Made by a program: the position numbers and the translations under genes | Part shown: piece after piece, positions 36,521-48,226 of the stretch | How positions within the stretch are numbered: the stretch's first letter is position 1 | How the letters are laid out: the number at the start of each line of letters is the position of its first letter | The notes under the pieces: model-generated | What the model was told of the DNA's origin: nothing | What the model saw: only the letters and a program-made list of their open reading frames with translations | Databases searched by the model: none | Assembly (NCBI RefSeq): GCF_004010195.1 | Contig: NC_057719.1 | Location: 9,463,112 to 9,527,111 of the forward strand | Origin: Chiloscyllium plagiosum | Lineage: Eukaryota | Reading direction: 5' to 3' | Length of the DNA: 64,000 nt

Positions 36521-36688
36521 GTATATTTCCTTGATGGGCAGTTCAATAAGTCTTTTCAGAAAATAGCCAATTTAATGAGTTTAACTCGTGTGCCTTTATC
36601 TAAATTATGACAGTAAAATAAAATAAAGAGAAAAAAGCGAAGAGGCGAATTTACCAAATCTTACAAATCAATATAGCGGAAGACAAGG
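36521..36688. repeat. AT-rich block, copy 1 of a dispersed duplicate
   Basis: Aligns end to end with 37703-37870. Confidence 0.9.
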
Positions 36689-37702
36689 GTGGATCAGAGT
36701 GAGATTTCTTCACAAGCTGAACCAATGAACAATGCTGGATAAATTCACAAGGGGAGTTTTTGTATGAAATTAACACCTGCGTGGATTGTATGTTAAGGAG
36801 CAGTGTTGTTATGGATTATTGGATGCAAACGATTATATGCAAAGCTAAGTATGCTGATTGAAAATGAATACCGAGTGGTGTGGAGAGGCTGGAGGTATGG
36901 AGTGGAGCATGGACAGTTGCTGGACTGGGGTCTAGCGCGGGAGGGGTCAGCAGCTTGTGAGGCCAGTCAGACCACATGTGGAAGCCCCTGCACTAACCTA
37001 CTGCAATTTAATGTTTATCTGACTGTAATGTTTGCCTTGTTAACTATGTCTTATTTCTAACTTATACTATGAATCACTGAAAGGTAATGCAATTTCTTTT
37101 CATCTTTATTGCTCTTTTGTATCTAAGATTTGTACCTAAGATGGCGCCATGAGAGGTGTCATTACAAATTGAGTACACGTGACAATAAACCTAATTCTAA
37201 TTCTATTCCTCTTCTGCACCTTGATTCAGATATTAGCACCTTTGGTTGGCTAAGGGATACCTAATGTGGAACATGGGACAGGATACTCTGATGACCATCA
37301 CTTTATCTCAGTGATGCTGACCATGAAATATAGCACCATTGTTGTTACAAACCACCTGATTCACTAATCTCCTTAAAGGAAAGAAATCTGCTGTCCTTAC
37401 CCACTCTAACCAACACTGAAAGCCACACTAATTGTAGTTGGCTCTTAATTAGCCTCTGAAATGGCCTAACAAGCCACTCAGTTCAACCGCGATTAGGAAC
37501 GGCCAACTGATGATGACCTTACCAGCAATGGTCACATCCCATGGAAGATTAAGGAGAAAAGGCCTTTGGTGTTAGGAGAGTTACGAAGATGTTTGCCCCT
37601 TGATCTTTCTAGCTTGTCGAAAATAGCTGAGAATCTTTCTGAAAACCTAAGCAACATGTTTCACTTCTGATTGAGATGTTGCCTCAATTTCAGTCAAAAA
37701 CT

Positions 37703-37870
37703 GTATATCCTTGATGGGCAGTTTGCTAAGTCTTGTCAGAAAATAGCCAATTTAATGAGTCTAACTTGCATGCTTTTATCTAAATTATGGCAATGAAATA
37801 AATTAAAGAAAAAAAAATCGAAAAGTTGACTTTTAGCAAATCCTACAAATCAATACAGCAGAAGACAAGG
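37703..37870. repeat. AT-rich block, copy 2 of a dispersed duplicate
   Basis: Aligns end to end with 36521-36688. Confidence 0.9.
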
Positions 37871-38121
37871 CTGGGTGAAATAATTTCTGTGAGAAACTAC
37901 TGAGTGACACCTATATTTCTACCCAAGATAATTGGTGTCCCTTGCTCTAAATCACAGTTTAAAATCATTGATTCATACTGATATATACTGCAGAACAACA
38001 CAGCTATATGATCCTCATACTGTGAAGAGAGTTGCCAACTCTTTGAATGGCTTTGGCGTCTTCAGCAATTGAAGATTAATTTTCCGTATGCTGCTGCAAG
38101 CAAAGATCCTTGGTGCATGAC

Positions 38122-38449
38122 TAGATTAGAGTAGATTCCCTACAGTGTGGAAACAGGCCCTTCAGCCCAACAAGTCCATACCTACCCTCCGAAGAGCAAC
38201 CCCACCCAGACCCATTCCCCTACATTTACCCCTGACTAATGCACCTAATACTACAGGCAATTTAGAATGGCCAATTCACCTGACCTGCACACCTGTGGAC
38301 TGTGGGAGGAAACCAGAGCACCTGGAGGAAGCCCACACAAATACGGGGAGAATGTGCAAACTCCACGGAGACAGTCACCCAAGGTGGGAATTGAACCCAG
38401 GTCCCTGGCGCTGTGAGGCAGCAGTGCTAACCACTGAGCCACTGTGCCG
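38122..38449 (-). mobile_element. Full-length HE1-type SINE
   Basis: tRNA head, V-domain and tail are all present. Confidence 0.93.
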
Positions 38450-38542
38450 TCTGCATTATAAAGAGTATGTTTCTTACTTTATTTTCTTTGAAGACTTTCA
38501 TTTACTAATTGCAGAAAAATTGCCAAAGACCTTCAGAAGAAA

Positions 38543-38885
38543 AATCATGAAGGGCATGGATACGATAAACAGACAAGGTCTTTTCCCTGGGGTGGGGGAG
38601 TCCAAAGCTCGAGGACATAGGTTTAAGGTGAGAGGGGAAAGATTTAAAAGGGACCTGAGGGACAATGTTTTCATGTAGAGGGTGGTGCGTGTATGGAATG
38701 AGCGGCCAAAGGAAGTGGTGGAGGCTGGTACAATTACGACACTTAAAAGGCATCTGTATGATGAATAGGAAGGGTTTAGAGGGATGTGGGCCAAATGCTG
38801 ACAAATGGGACTAGATTAATTTAGAATATCTGGTCAGTATGGACGAGTTGGACCGAAGTGTCTGTTTCCATGCTCTACGACTTTA
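38543..38885 (+). mobile_element. HER1-like CR1 3' end
   Basis: KIMKGMDTINRQGLFPGVGESKARGHRFKVRGERFKRDLR. Confidence 0.9.
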
Positions 38886-39264
38886 AGAATATTCAAGATT
38901 AATTCAGTTGGGCAGGAAGGTGTCTGCACTAATTGATTCGGGGTTGGCAGGAGCATAGTGGATGACCAATCTGCAGATTTTCAAATGGTGGGGTGGTGCA
39001 AAGTGGCAGGGCAACTGATGAAACCTCCAGTAAGTCAACCAAGCAAGACGTGGCAACCCAAACTCTACCCTGGGACAGCAGACTTTGTAGGCATTCCAGA
39101 TGAATTCCTCCCAAAACAGCTGCAGCCTCTGCTTGGGCTTTTCTTCTGACCAGCCTCATTTATTGCTTAAATATTTACCAACTGCATTCTTAAGGAATTC
39201 ACTCCGAACATTGGTCTTTCTATGCCTGAGTTTAGTGTGGATATCTTGCTGCAATTGTCTTGAC

Positions 39265-39772
39265 CTTAGTGAGACGCAGCTGAAATATTACATGCCTTGT
39301 CTGAGGAAGAATGTCCTAGCGATGGAGAGAGTGCAACAAATGTTTATCAGACTGATTCCTGGGATGGCTGGGCTGACATACGAACAGAGATGGGATCGGT
39401 TAGGCCTATACTTACCGAGGTTTAAAAGGAAGATGTGGGAAACTCACAAAATTCTAACAGGAGAAATGCAGGAAGGATGCTCCAAGGACTGGAGAGCCCA
39501 GAACCAAGGGTTACAATTTAAAACTGAGAGGAGGAGATATGTCTTTACCCAGGGAGTGGTGAGCCTCTGGAATTCTCTGCCACAAAAAGAGGTCAAGGCG
39601 AAACAATTGAATGCTTTCAAGAAGGAGTTAGATATTGTTCTGAGGGTGAAAGGGATCAAAGGGTGTAGGGAGAAGGCAGAACAACGGTTGGATGATCAGC
39701 CATGATCATACTGAATAATGATGCAGGCTTGAAGGGTCGAATAGCCTACTCCTGTACCTAGTTTCTGTGTAT
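39265..39772 (+). mobile_element. CR1 3' fragment
   Basis: MERVQQMFIRLIPGMAGLTYEQR...FTQGVVSLWNSLPQ. Confidence 0.88.
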
Positions 39773-40195
39773 CTGCCTCCAGCCCTCTAAGTAGGTGCTA
39801 TCCCCAATTGGATTAATGCACTGAGCAATGTTTAACCGAGTCAGCATGGTTTTCAGGAGAGCTACATTGTGATTCATTGGCAATATTGCAGTGTCTATTT
39901 TTTTTCCTGGCTGACTGCTCACTTATATAGTTATTGCCATCTAAGAGCCAGCGACAAGCAAATCTTCGCACAAAAATAAACAAAAACAGCGTTAAAAAAG
40001 TATAATCTAAGAGTTAGATCACTAAGAACGAGTGCAGAAAATTCTCTGGGAATCTTCAACACAGATGTAATCTCAAAGATCCTAGTAGGGAGAGAATTTT
40101 GTAATATGTAAAACTCAATCTCTCAGGCTGAGAGAGAATTTTGTTAATCTTTTTGAACTTGCAGGGAAGGTTTAATAGCTTAGAAAGGAATTATT

Positions 40196-40447
40196 TCATA
40201 GAATCCCTACAGTGTGGAAGCAGACCATTCAGCCCATCAAGTCCACACCAACCCTCCAAAGGGAATCCACCCAGACTCTATAACCTTGTATTTTGCATAA
40301 CCTAACCTGCACATCTTTGGAGCGTGGAAGGAAACCCCCGCAGACATAGAGAGAATGAGCAAAGTCCACACAGACAGTCACCCGAGGCTGGAATCGGAGC
40401 CGGGTCCCTGGTACTGTGAGGCAGCAGTACTGTGAGACAGCCACCAT
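40196..40447 (-). mobile_element. HE1-type SINE
   Basis: Homologous to 38122-38449 with internal deletions. Confidence 0.85.
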
Positions 40448-40869
40448 GTATTACTCGTAAAGGAAAAGAAGATAATTGATTCAGAGGCCCTATGCATAAA
40501 TCAATAAAAGGTAAATTTCAATCAGGTATCAAAGGAAATCTATTCCTGGAAAGAGTGTAAAATGATGTCAACAACCTGCATTTTGATTGCTCCTTTACTG
40601 CAGTAAAATTACCCAGGGGTAATTACACAGGAGTGCCATGGAGGAAATTTTGACACCAAGAAATGTCGGGCTTGGTCAAAGATGTAGATATCAAGGACAG
40701 GCTTAAAGGTGGTAACAGAAGAGGAGATTTGGAAATATGTAGCGAGGAAATTCCAGTGTTTAGAGGCTGCAGACTGCAAAGGAAATTGCAGCCAGAAATG
40801 GTGAAGCCACTAAAATCTCAGAGGTCAGAGTTGGCAGAGTGCAAAGATTAAGGGCAGGTGTAATGGAAA

Positions 40870-41142
40870 CCTACAAAGCCAGGCTAATGCATTACTGTCA
40901 TGGTTTCAAACCCCACCAGAGAGATTGTGAAATTTGAATTCAGTAAAAATCCAGCCTCATGGCGTTTACCTGGTCAGTGCTCTTTAGGGAAGAAAATCTG
41001 CCATCCTTACCTGGCCTGGCTTATATGTGAAATCCACGGTAAAAAATAAAATTCAATCAGATATCACAGCAATATCATTGATTCTTAATTGGCCCCTGGC
41101 CCAGCCAGCAACAACCCCACATCCTTCAAATGAATAAAACAA
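40870..41142 (+). mobile_element. tRNA-derived SINE (LINE family 2 partner) nested in an L2 remnant (about 40570-41170, minus strand)
   Basis: gaaatttgaattcagtaaaaatc...atctgccatccttacctgg...aatgaataaaa. Confidence 0.65.
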
Positions 41143-41439
41143 AAATTGTCAGGCTGGAGGACATTACAAAGATTTCCACATTTCATGTAAAAACACAATG
41201 CACCAAGCACAATGTCAAATGAACTGTGATGAATACTTAACCCTTCAGATTCACCCATCACCCTTCCTCAATCAATTTTGTTACTTACCCTTCTTTGCAG
41301 AAAACATTGACAAGGTAGAATTCTGTGGATGCATCTTGTTTTGTCTAACCAGATATTCAACACATGTCAAACTCATCGCCCACTTTGATAGTCCCCACAT
41401 TGCAACACTGAGTTCAAACAAATTCGCTGACATAAGAAA

Positions 41440-41710
41440 GACTAGCATTTCATGACCTCAGGATGTCTCAATGTGATACAGACAGTGAAGCTCTTCTGAA
41501 GCACACTCACTGTCGAAGTGAAGAAAACTTTACAAGGCACCGTGCACGCTGTGAGCTCCCAACAAAGCAACAACATGATTAACGAGCAGATAATCTGTTT
41601 TTTTTTTAAACTGACGTTGATTGAGGTGTTAATGTTGACCAACATGTTCAGAGACAGCCTTTTCCTCTGGGAATGACATTGCGTTTCATCTGATGAGCTT
41701 TAACAGCCTG
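41440..41710 (-). mobile_element. Old DeuSINE-like copy
   Basis: Reverse of aacagattatctg...ttgctttgttgggagct...cttcagaagagcttcactg...catcctgaggtcatgaaa. Confidence 0.6.
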
Positions 41711-42833
41711 CGTGATTTCACCTCAGCCTTATTCACCTTAAAATTCAAGCTATTTATCAAAAGAAAACATCCTGGATTCACCAGATCATCCTGGTTACCC
41801 CATTCTAACCATTCATCACTCACGGCAAACTCGTACCTCCGGATAGCTATCCTCAATTTGTCCTTGAGAATCCTCAAACCATGTCCTCCAGTCTGCATTC
41901 TAATGGCTTTTGATTTGATTTGATTTATTTATTGTCACGTGTACCTCAGTACAGTGAAAAGCTTTATTTGTCAGCAGTACAGGCAGATCATCATAAGCAA
42001 GGACATACAGATGTTAGGGTGAAAACAAAAGTTGGACAGAGTAAGTCATACAGGTTACACTGCATAGGACATGTGCTAGACAAGATCAACATTGATCTAA
42101 CTTGGGCATGGCTCATGAGATGATATGGGTTTTTCATACACAGGTCTATTGCTGGACTTTCATCAACATAGAGCACAAGTCAACGTTCTCATGCTCTGAC
42201 TGCGTTGGATTACCATCCCTGTTAGGACAATGGCAGCAGAGTTATCTCTGCTTACCAGAATCAAAGATTGGAAATTGGCCAATCTTGTTTTGCTACCAGA
42301 GATTTAATAACTTCTTGCCTCAGCCCCTCTCATCTTTCGTTATCAAGGCGACGTGAACAATTTCCTATTTCACCAGAAGTAGATTACCAGAATTTGGATT
42401 GTGTACCTGTTGGAGACACTTGCTGCATTAATCACATTTTCTGCATGTAGTGATTTTTCACCACATAGTTCAAACCTGCACACTCAACTGTCTCCTTGCA
42501 AATCGACCATCATCTCCCTTACACTTCCTTATTTTATAACAGAGCCACCTCAAGTCAGTACAGCGGGGCTGATTGATGGATGCTCCAATCGCTAATAAAT
42601 CTCCTGGCCCTTCATCGCCTGTCACCAGCGCTGGATTTAGTTAAGTGAGGATGTGCAAAACACCAGATGCTAATGCAGCCAATAAAACATACCTCCTATT
42701 TTGTCTCTTTTGAAAACCATCATCAATGCTCAGTGATTTAAAACATGTATAATCTCCCGACAACTGGAGCGAAATAAACTGAAAGGGGAAATAGGCACAG
42801 CACATTCGGTGAGAACTCAGGAGGACTTCTTTA

Positions 42834-43069
42834 TGCCTTAGTTTGGCAGCTCCCCATTGGCTTGTATGACCTTGCCTGGATGATTTGGCCAGTCACAGGC
42901 CACAGCTTTGCATCCAGTCTGTGCTGTATTGGTTACCTTAGCCAACAAGTTGCCTTAGTTTGAAGCTCCCAATTGGCTTGTATGACCTTGCCTGGATGAT
43001 TTGGCCAGTCACAGGCCACAGCTTTGCATCCAGTCTGTGCTGTATTGGTTACCTCAGCCAACAAGTTGC
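42834..43069. repeat. 117-bp direct tandem duplication (two copies)
   Basis: tgccttagtttg...gccaacaagt starts at 42834 and again at 42951, with only a few differences. Confidence 0.95.
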
Positions 43070-44109
43070 AAGGGGCAATAGAGGGGCTCACTGCAATTAG
43101 TAAACCATTCATGCACTCTTTACTGCTGCTCACCAGTCTCTGGAAGAAAGTAAGCACTTTTGGATGTACAGGTAGTGGATGGGTTCCATTCTGCAGTCCA
43201 CTTGATTTGATTTGAATTATTATTGTCACATGTACCTCAGCACAGTGAAAAGTTTTGTTTTGTGTGCAGAACAGGCAGATCATACCGTACAAAGTGCATT
43301 GGAGTGATAGAACAAAGCAAGGAATACAATGTTACGGCTGCAAAGAAGGTGCACAGAGATCAACATTAAATTTAAAATTTGAGTGGCTTATTCAGAAGTC
43401 TAATAAGTCTAATAAGCTATTCTTGAATTTATTTGTATGTGTTTTCAAACTTTTGTACCTTCTGCCTGATGGAAGAGGGTGGAAGAGAGTATAACCGGGG
43501 TCATAGAGTCAGAGAGATGTACAGCATGGAAACAGACCTTTCAGTCCAACTTGTCCATGCCGACCAGATATCCCAACCAATCTAGTCCCACCTGCCAGCA
43601 CCTGGCTCATATCCCTCCAAACCCTTCCTACTCATATACCCATCCAAATGCCTTTTAAATGTTGCAATTGTACCACCCTCCACCACATCCTCTGGCAGCT
43701 CATTCCACACACGCACCACCCTCTGTGTGAAAAAGTTGCCCCTTAGATCTCTTTTATATCTTTCTCCTCTCAACCTAAACATATGCCCTCTAGCTCTGGA
43801 CTCCCCAACCCCAGGGAAAATACTTTGTCTACTTATCCTATCCATGCCCCTCATCATTTTTTAAACCTCGATAAGGTCACTCCTCAGCCTCCGATGCTCC
43901 AGGGAAAACAGCTCCAGCCTGTTCAGCCTCTCGCTATAGCTCAAATCCTCCAACCCTAGCAACATCCTTCTAAATCTTTTCTGAACCCTTTCAAGTTTTA
44001 CAACATCTTTCCAATAGGAAGGAGACCAGAATTGCATGCAATATTCCAACAGTGGCCTAACCAATGTCCTGTATAGCTGTAACATGACCTCCCAACTCCT
44101 GTACTCAAT

Positions 44110-44241
44110 GAGTTTTGAGAAGATTTGTAGTTCAGGTTGAGGCTTTGTATGTAGGTTTGCTCGCTGAGCTGAAAGGTTCATTTCCAGACGTTTCGTTACC
44201 TTATTAGGTAACATCTTTAGTGGACCTCAGGCAAAGCAATG
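44110..44241 (-). mobile_element. Penelope-type insert (distinct family) with a hammerhead fold
   Basis: Minus 44184-44223: CCA CUAAAGA U GUUACCU-AAUA-AGGUAAC GAAA C GUC UGG. Flanked by ctcaat repeats. Confidence 0.7.
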
Positions 44242-44393
44242 CTCAATACTCTGTCCAAGAAAAGAAAGCAAACCAAACACCTTCTTCACTATCCTATCTA
44301 CCTGTGATTCCATTTTCAAGGAGCTATGAACCTGCACTCCAAGCTCTCTTTGTATAGCAACACTTCCTAGGACCTTACCATTAAGTGTATAAG

Positions 44394-44762
44394 GAGAAAG
44401 TGAGGTCTGCAGATGCTGGAGATCAAAGTTGAAACTTTATTGCTGGAACAGCACAGCAGGCCAGGCAGCACCCAGGGAACAGGAGATTCGACGTTTCGGG
44501 CACAGGCCCTTCACAATTGTAAGGTTCTGGGGAATTTCGCTGAACAAAGGGACCTTGGAGTGCAGGTTCATAGTTCCATGAAAGTGGAGTTTCAGGTAGA
44601 TAGGATAGTGAAGCCTTCATTTAGTAGGTTTTCCTTCAGACCATTGAATATAGGAGGTCATGTTGCGGCTGTACAGGACATTGGTTAGGCCACTTTTGGA
44701 AAGTGGGAGGGGGAGTTGAAATGCTGTGCCACAGGTTGGTTGGGTTGGTTCGTCCGGGTGGC
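44394..44762 (-). mobile_element. Composite Penelope family A insertion containing an oppositely oriented CR1 piece, with a 16-bp TSD
   Basis: TSD ccattaagtgtataag at 44378-44393 and 44763-44778. Ends match 58592-58711 and 59068-59124. Confidence 0.85.
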
Positions 44763-45819
44763 CCATTAAGTGTATAAGTCCTGCTAAGATTTGCTTTCCC
44801 AAAATGCAGCATCTCGCATTTATCTGGATTAAACTCCATCTGCCACTTCTCAGCCCATTGGCCTATCTGATCAAGGTCCTATTGTAATCTGAGGTAACCC
44901 TCTTCACTGTCCACTACGCCTCCAATTTTGGTGTCATCTGCAAACTTACTAACTGAACCTCTTATAGGGCTAGGAGGGGTCTTTAATTATATTGGTTGTT
45001 TCCTGAGGCAGTGGGAAGTACAGATGGAGTCAATGGATAGAAGGCTGATTTGTGTGATGGACTGGGCTATGTTCACAACTCTCTGTAGTTTCTTGAAGTC
45101 TTGGGAAGAGCAGTTACCAAATAAGATTATGATGCATCTAGATAGGATGCTTTTTATGATGTATCTATTTGCAAGTTGATTTGTTCGCAGTCAGAACGTA
45201 ATGCAGGACAATGTAAAGCAGCTGTTTGTAAGGACAGGAAATGTTCATACATCGGTCCGTAACATGACATTTCTGTGTGAGATTGCGTTTGTAAATCAAG
45301 AACACTCTATACAGTGAGGACTGGATCATGTTCGGGTGCTGCCAAGCGTACTTCAACATAGAGTATTCCCAGGGAGCAGAGACCACCAACCACCCCACTG
45401 CATTCTCAACGAGTGGCCTCTTAAACATGTTCAGTAAGGGGTACTCAGTATCTAAATGGTAACACATTCCAAAACAGGTGGAGGATCCAAAACTTGCACA
45501 GGAACATTAATGAAAGAGAAAAACACCAATCAGCTCTGACTTGAATGTCTCCACTGAAATAAAGACACTAAGAAGATCAACACCAACTCAGTTCAATTCC
45601 TAGGATTTTTAAGATTTACAACTAATTTAAGATTTAAAATTGAATTTACAACTTAATAAAAATGTAAGACCAAGATTACATCCAGTCTCAGTTCCAATGC
45701 AAGTTCCCTTACAGAATGGCTATGAGGTAAACAGGAATGTCCCACTGGAAAAAGGTCCCCACTCCGAGATTGGGCGTTGAGTTGAAATGGAGATGAATCA
45801 AAAGGTAGGTAATGACATT

Positions 45820-46000
45820 GAGGCAGAAGATCAAAATCCTGGAATTCCCTCCCTAAGGGCAATGTGGGTCAATCCACAGCAGATGGACTGCAGCAGTTCA
45901 TGAAAGTAGCTCATCCCCACCTCCTGAAGGGCAACTAGGGACGGGTAGTAAATGCTCGCACAGCCAGAGTCATTCAAAGTCCACAAGTGAAACAAAAAAA
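45820..46000 (+). mobile_element. LINE family 2 3' end
   Basis: tcaaaatcctggaattccctccctaa...aagggcaactagggacggg. Confidence 0.75.
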
Positions 46001-46237
46001 GATCAATATTAAAACAAAAACAATTGTAAAAATCACAGAATCCATCTTAATCCTACGTGTAATGTTTATTCACCATGACAATGCAGTGTTTGCCAGGTCA
46101 AATTTGTAATCAGAGAAGGTAGTATATCTACAGATAGTAAATCTATTCTTCCAACTCTTCCAGACAAAGGTACAAGTTTAAACATTAACATGAATTTTCA
46201 CACTGATGTGATTTAGGTTGCATTCCCAAAGCCTTTT

Positions 46238-46548
46238 GCCCATGGTGGCTCAGTGGTTAGCATGGCTGCCTCACAGTGTCAGGAATCCGGGTTCTATTCC
46301 ATCCTCGGGTGATTGTTCATGTGGAGTTTGCATGTTCTCCTTGTGTCTGCATGGGTTTGCTCTCACAATCCAAAGATGTGCAGGTTGGGGGACTGGTCAT
46401 GCTAAATTGTCCCACTGTGTCCAGGAATATGCAGGTTAGGTTGACTAGCCATTGGATATGGGGATAGGGGGGTCTGGGTGAGATGCTTTTCAGAGGGTCA
46501 GCATGACTCAATGGGCTGAATGGCCTGCTTCTATACCGTAGGGATACT
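46238..46548 (+). mobile_element. HE1-type SINE
   Basis: gtggctcagtggttagca...gtggagtttgcatgttctcc. Confidence 0.88.
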
Positions 46549-46695
46549 ATCTCTTCGGTGGGCCATCCTTGCCAAAGGTTGAACACCCTCTCATCCACGA
46601 ACAGACTTGATGACCAGGGAAAGGTTAGAGCGATGGTCATGAAAAGACAACCATCATTTTCTCCAGCACACATGGCCAGTTAATTAATTTCAGAG

Positions 46696-46883
46696 CTTAA
46701 AAATGTGTTGCTGGAAAAGCGCAGCAGGTCAGGCAGCATCAAAGGAGAAGGAGAATCGACATTTAGGGCTTATGCCCGAAACATCAATTCTCTTTCTCCT
46801 TTGATGCTACCTGACCTGCTACGCTTTTCCAGCAACACATTTTTAAGCTTCGATCCCCAGCATCTGCAGTCCTCACTTTCTCC
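46696..46883. mobile_element. Fold-back Penelope mini-element (family A) with a 15-bp TSD
   Basis: Inverted arms centred on gggcttatgccc. TSD taattaatttcagag at 46681-46695 and 46884-46898. Confidence 0.9.
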
Positions 46884-48226
46884 TAATTAATTTCAGAGAC
46901 AGCTTAACCACCTCATGGACGCACAACCTTCACAAGATAATGGCCTTAAAAAAATAGTTTTAAATAATTCAAAACAAAATAAAGGTTGTACAAGATAGGT
47001 TCCCTTGTTTGCAAAAAGCTACGTAGCCAATTTTCGCATCTCATGTACTAACTTCTGCAGAACACTGTGAAATATTTGTCCCATAAAAGAGATCAAATTT
47101 TAATAAGTTTGGCATTTTATTTGCACGCATTGAGATGGCTCAACAAATGTATGTTATCAAGACTGGAGGGAAGAAATCCAAGGAGCTTCATTGTGGCAGG
47201 ATTTTCTTTTTCCGAAAGGCAGCAATAACTGAGCTCCCTCTTTCCTGCAGCATGTCTCATAGCCAGAAACATTTCCAAGTGTTTATATGAATAGCACCTG
47301 AGATTGGGTTACATGGAATTCAAATCATGTTGTCACCTGTAGGAGCAGTGCTTTTTTTGAGTAGTTTATAATGTCTTTCAAACCCTTAAGCATGTAATGG
47401 ACTCAAACACACTTCCCAACACATTTATGTTTTCTTTTTCTGTTGTTGCCAAGGAGCGAAAACCATAAAGTACCATTTCTTACTCTCAGTCAGACATTTT
47501 TCTCCCTTCTCATTCTGCTGGTGGAGTTTGCAGAAACTGAAGGATGTTCATATTCTTAGGCCTTGTGGATATACTCCAGAGGTACAACTGGATGCTCCCT
47601 CCCTCCCTCCACCCAAAAGCGTCCAGCGGTGGGTTTACAGCCTCGGGTACTTGAAACAGATCTCCTCTCATCCTGAGCAGGGCCTTCTCACCACTGTCCT
47701 GCCCTGACAGAATCTGCCTGACATCCTCACAGGGGGAAGGCGGAGTTGCGTGCTCTTGCTAAACTTCAGATCCTCAAGTGGTCCAATAACATCCGCTTGC
47801 TACCCCAGCTTCAACTCAGTGGCCAGTGGGAAGGGTTCAGAGTCAGGTGAGGACCTCCCAGGTAGGCTGATTGGGGGGGGGGGGGGGGGATGGTTTGGGG
47901 CACAGTTGTTCAGAACAGGGGCGGGAACGGGGTCTGCGTCAGGGGCCACCTTTGAAGGTCAGTCACCCTCTCCCCCAAGGATTTCAGTCCTGGATTCTGT
48001 ATCACCAGTTGCCCTTCAAATCACAATACCCACACTCCTGGCATTTCCCCCCACCACATCCCCCTATCCAAATGACCCTCATCTCCCATCCCAGCCATGG
48101 CACACTCGTCCCCCACCACAGCTGGTGGCGCCAACCTGCTCTTATGGACCAGACCAAACTGCCTCGAAATATTTTAAGAAGGTGAGCCTGACCCGAACAT
48201 TTTCTTATTTAAAGGCAAATATAAAG

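Larger units (their letters stand above)
43501..44953 (-). mobile_element. HER1-like CR1 LINE fragment with nested PLE inserts
   Basis: SKFADDTKIGG, MEFNPDKCE.LHFG, LYRTLVRPLLEYCMQFWSP and an intact 3' tail. Confidence 0.93.
43203..45165 (-). mobile_element. Rex1-like LINE fragment (43203-43500 and about 44960-45165) split by a nested CR1
   Basis: Tail gtgacaataataattcaaatcaaatc; minus-strand PLPSGRRYKSLKT and KLQRVVNIAQSITQ. Confidence 0.7.

Noticed and set aside
38145..38678. 177-aa ORF
   Set aside because: Chance read-through of an antisense HE1 SINE into a CR1 fragment.
41301..41314. 14-nt micro-exon (ttctttgcag/AAAACATTGACAAG/gtagaa)
   Set aside because: Weak donor, frame-shifting length, and no other support.
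46696..46883. miRNA precursor or DNA-transposon MITE
   Set aside because: The arms match a Penelope terminus, and TSDs across such copies are variable in length, unlike the fixed TSDs of cut-and-paste transposons. There is no evidence for miRNA processing.
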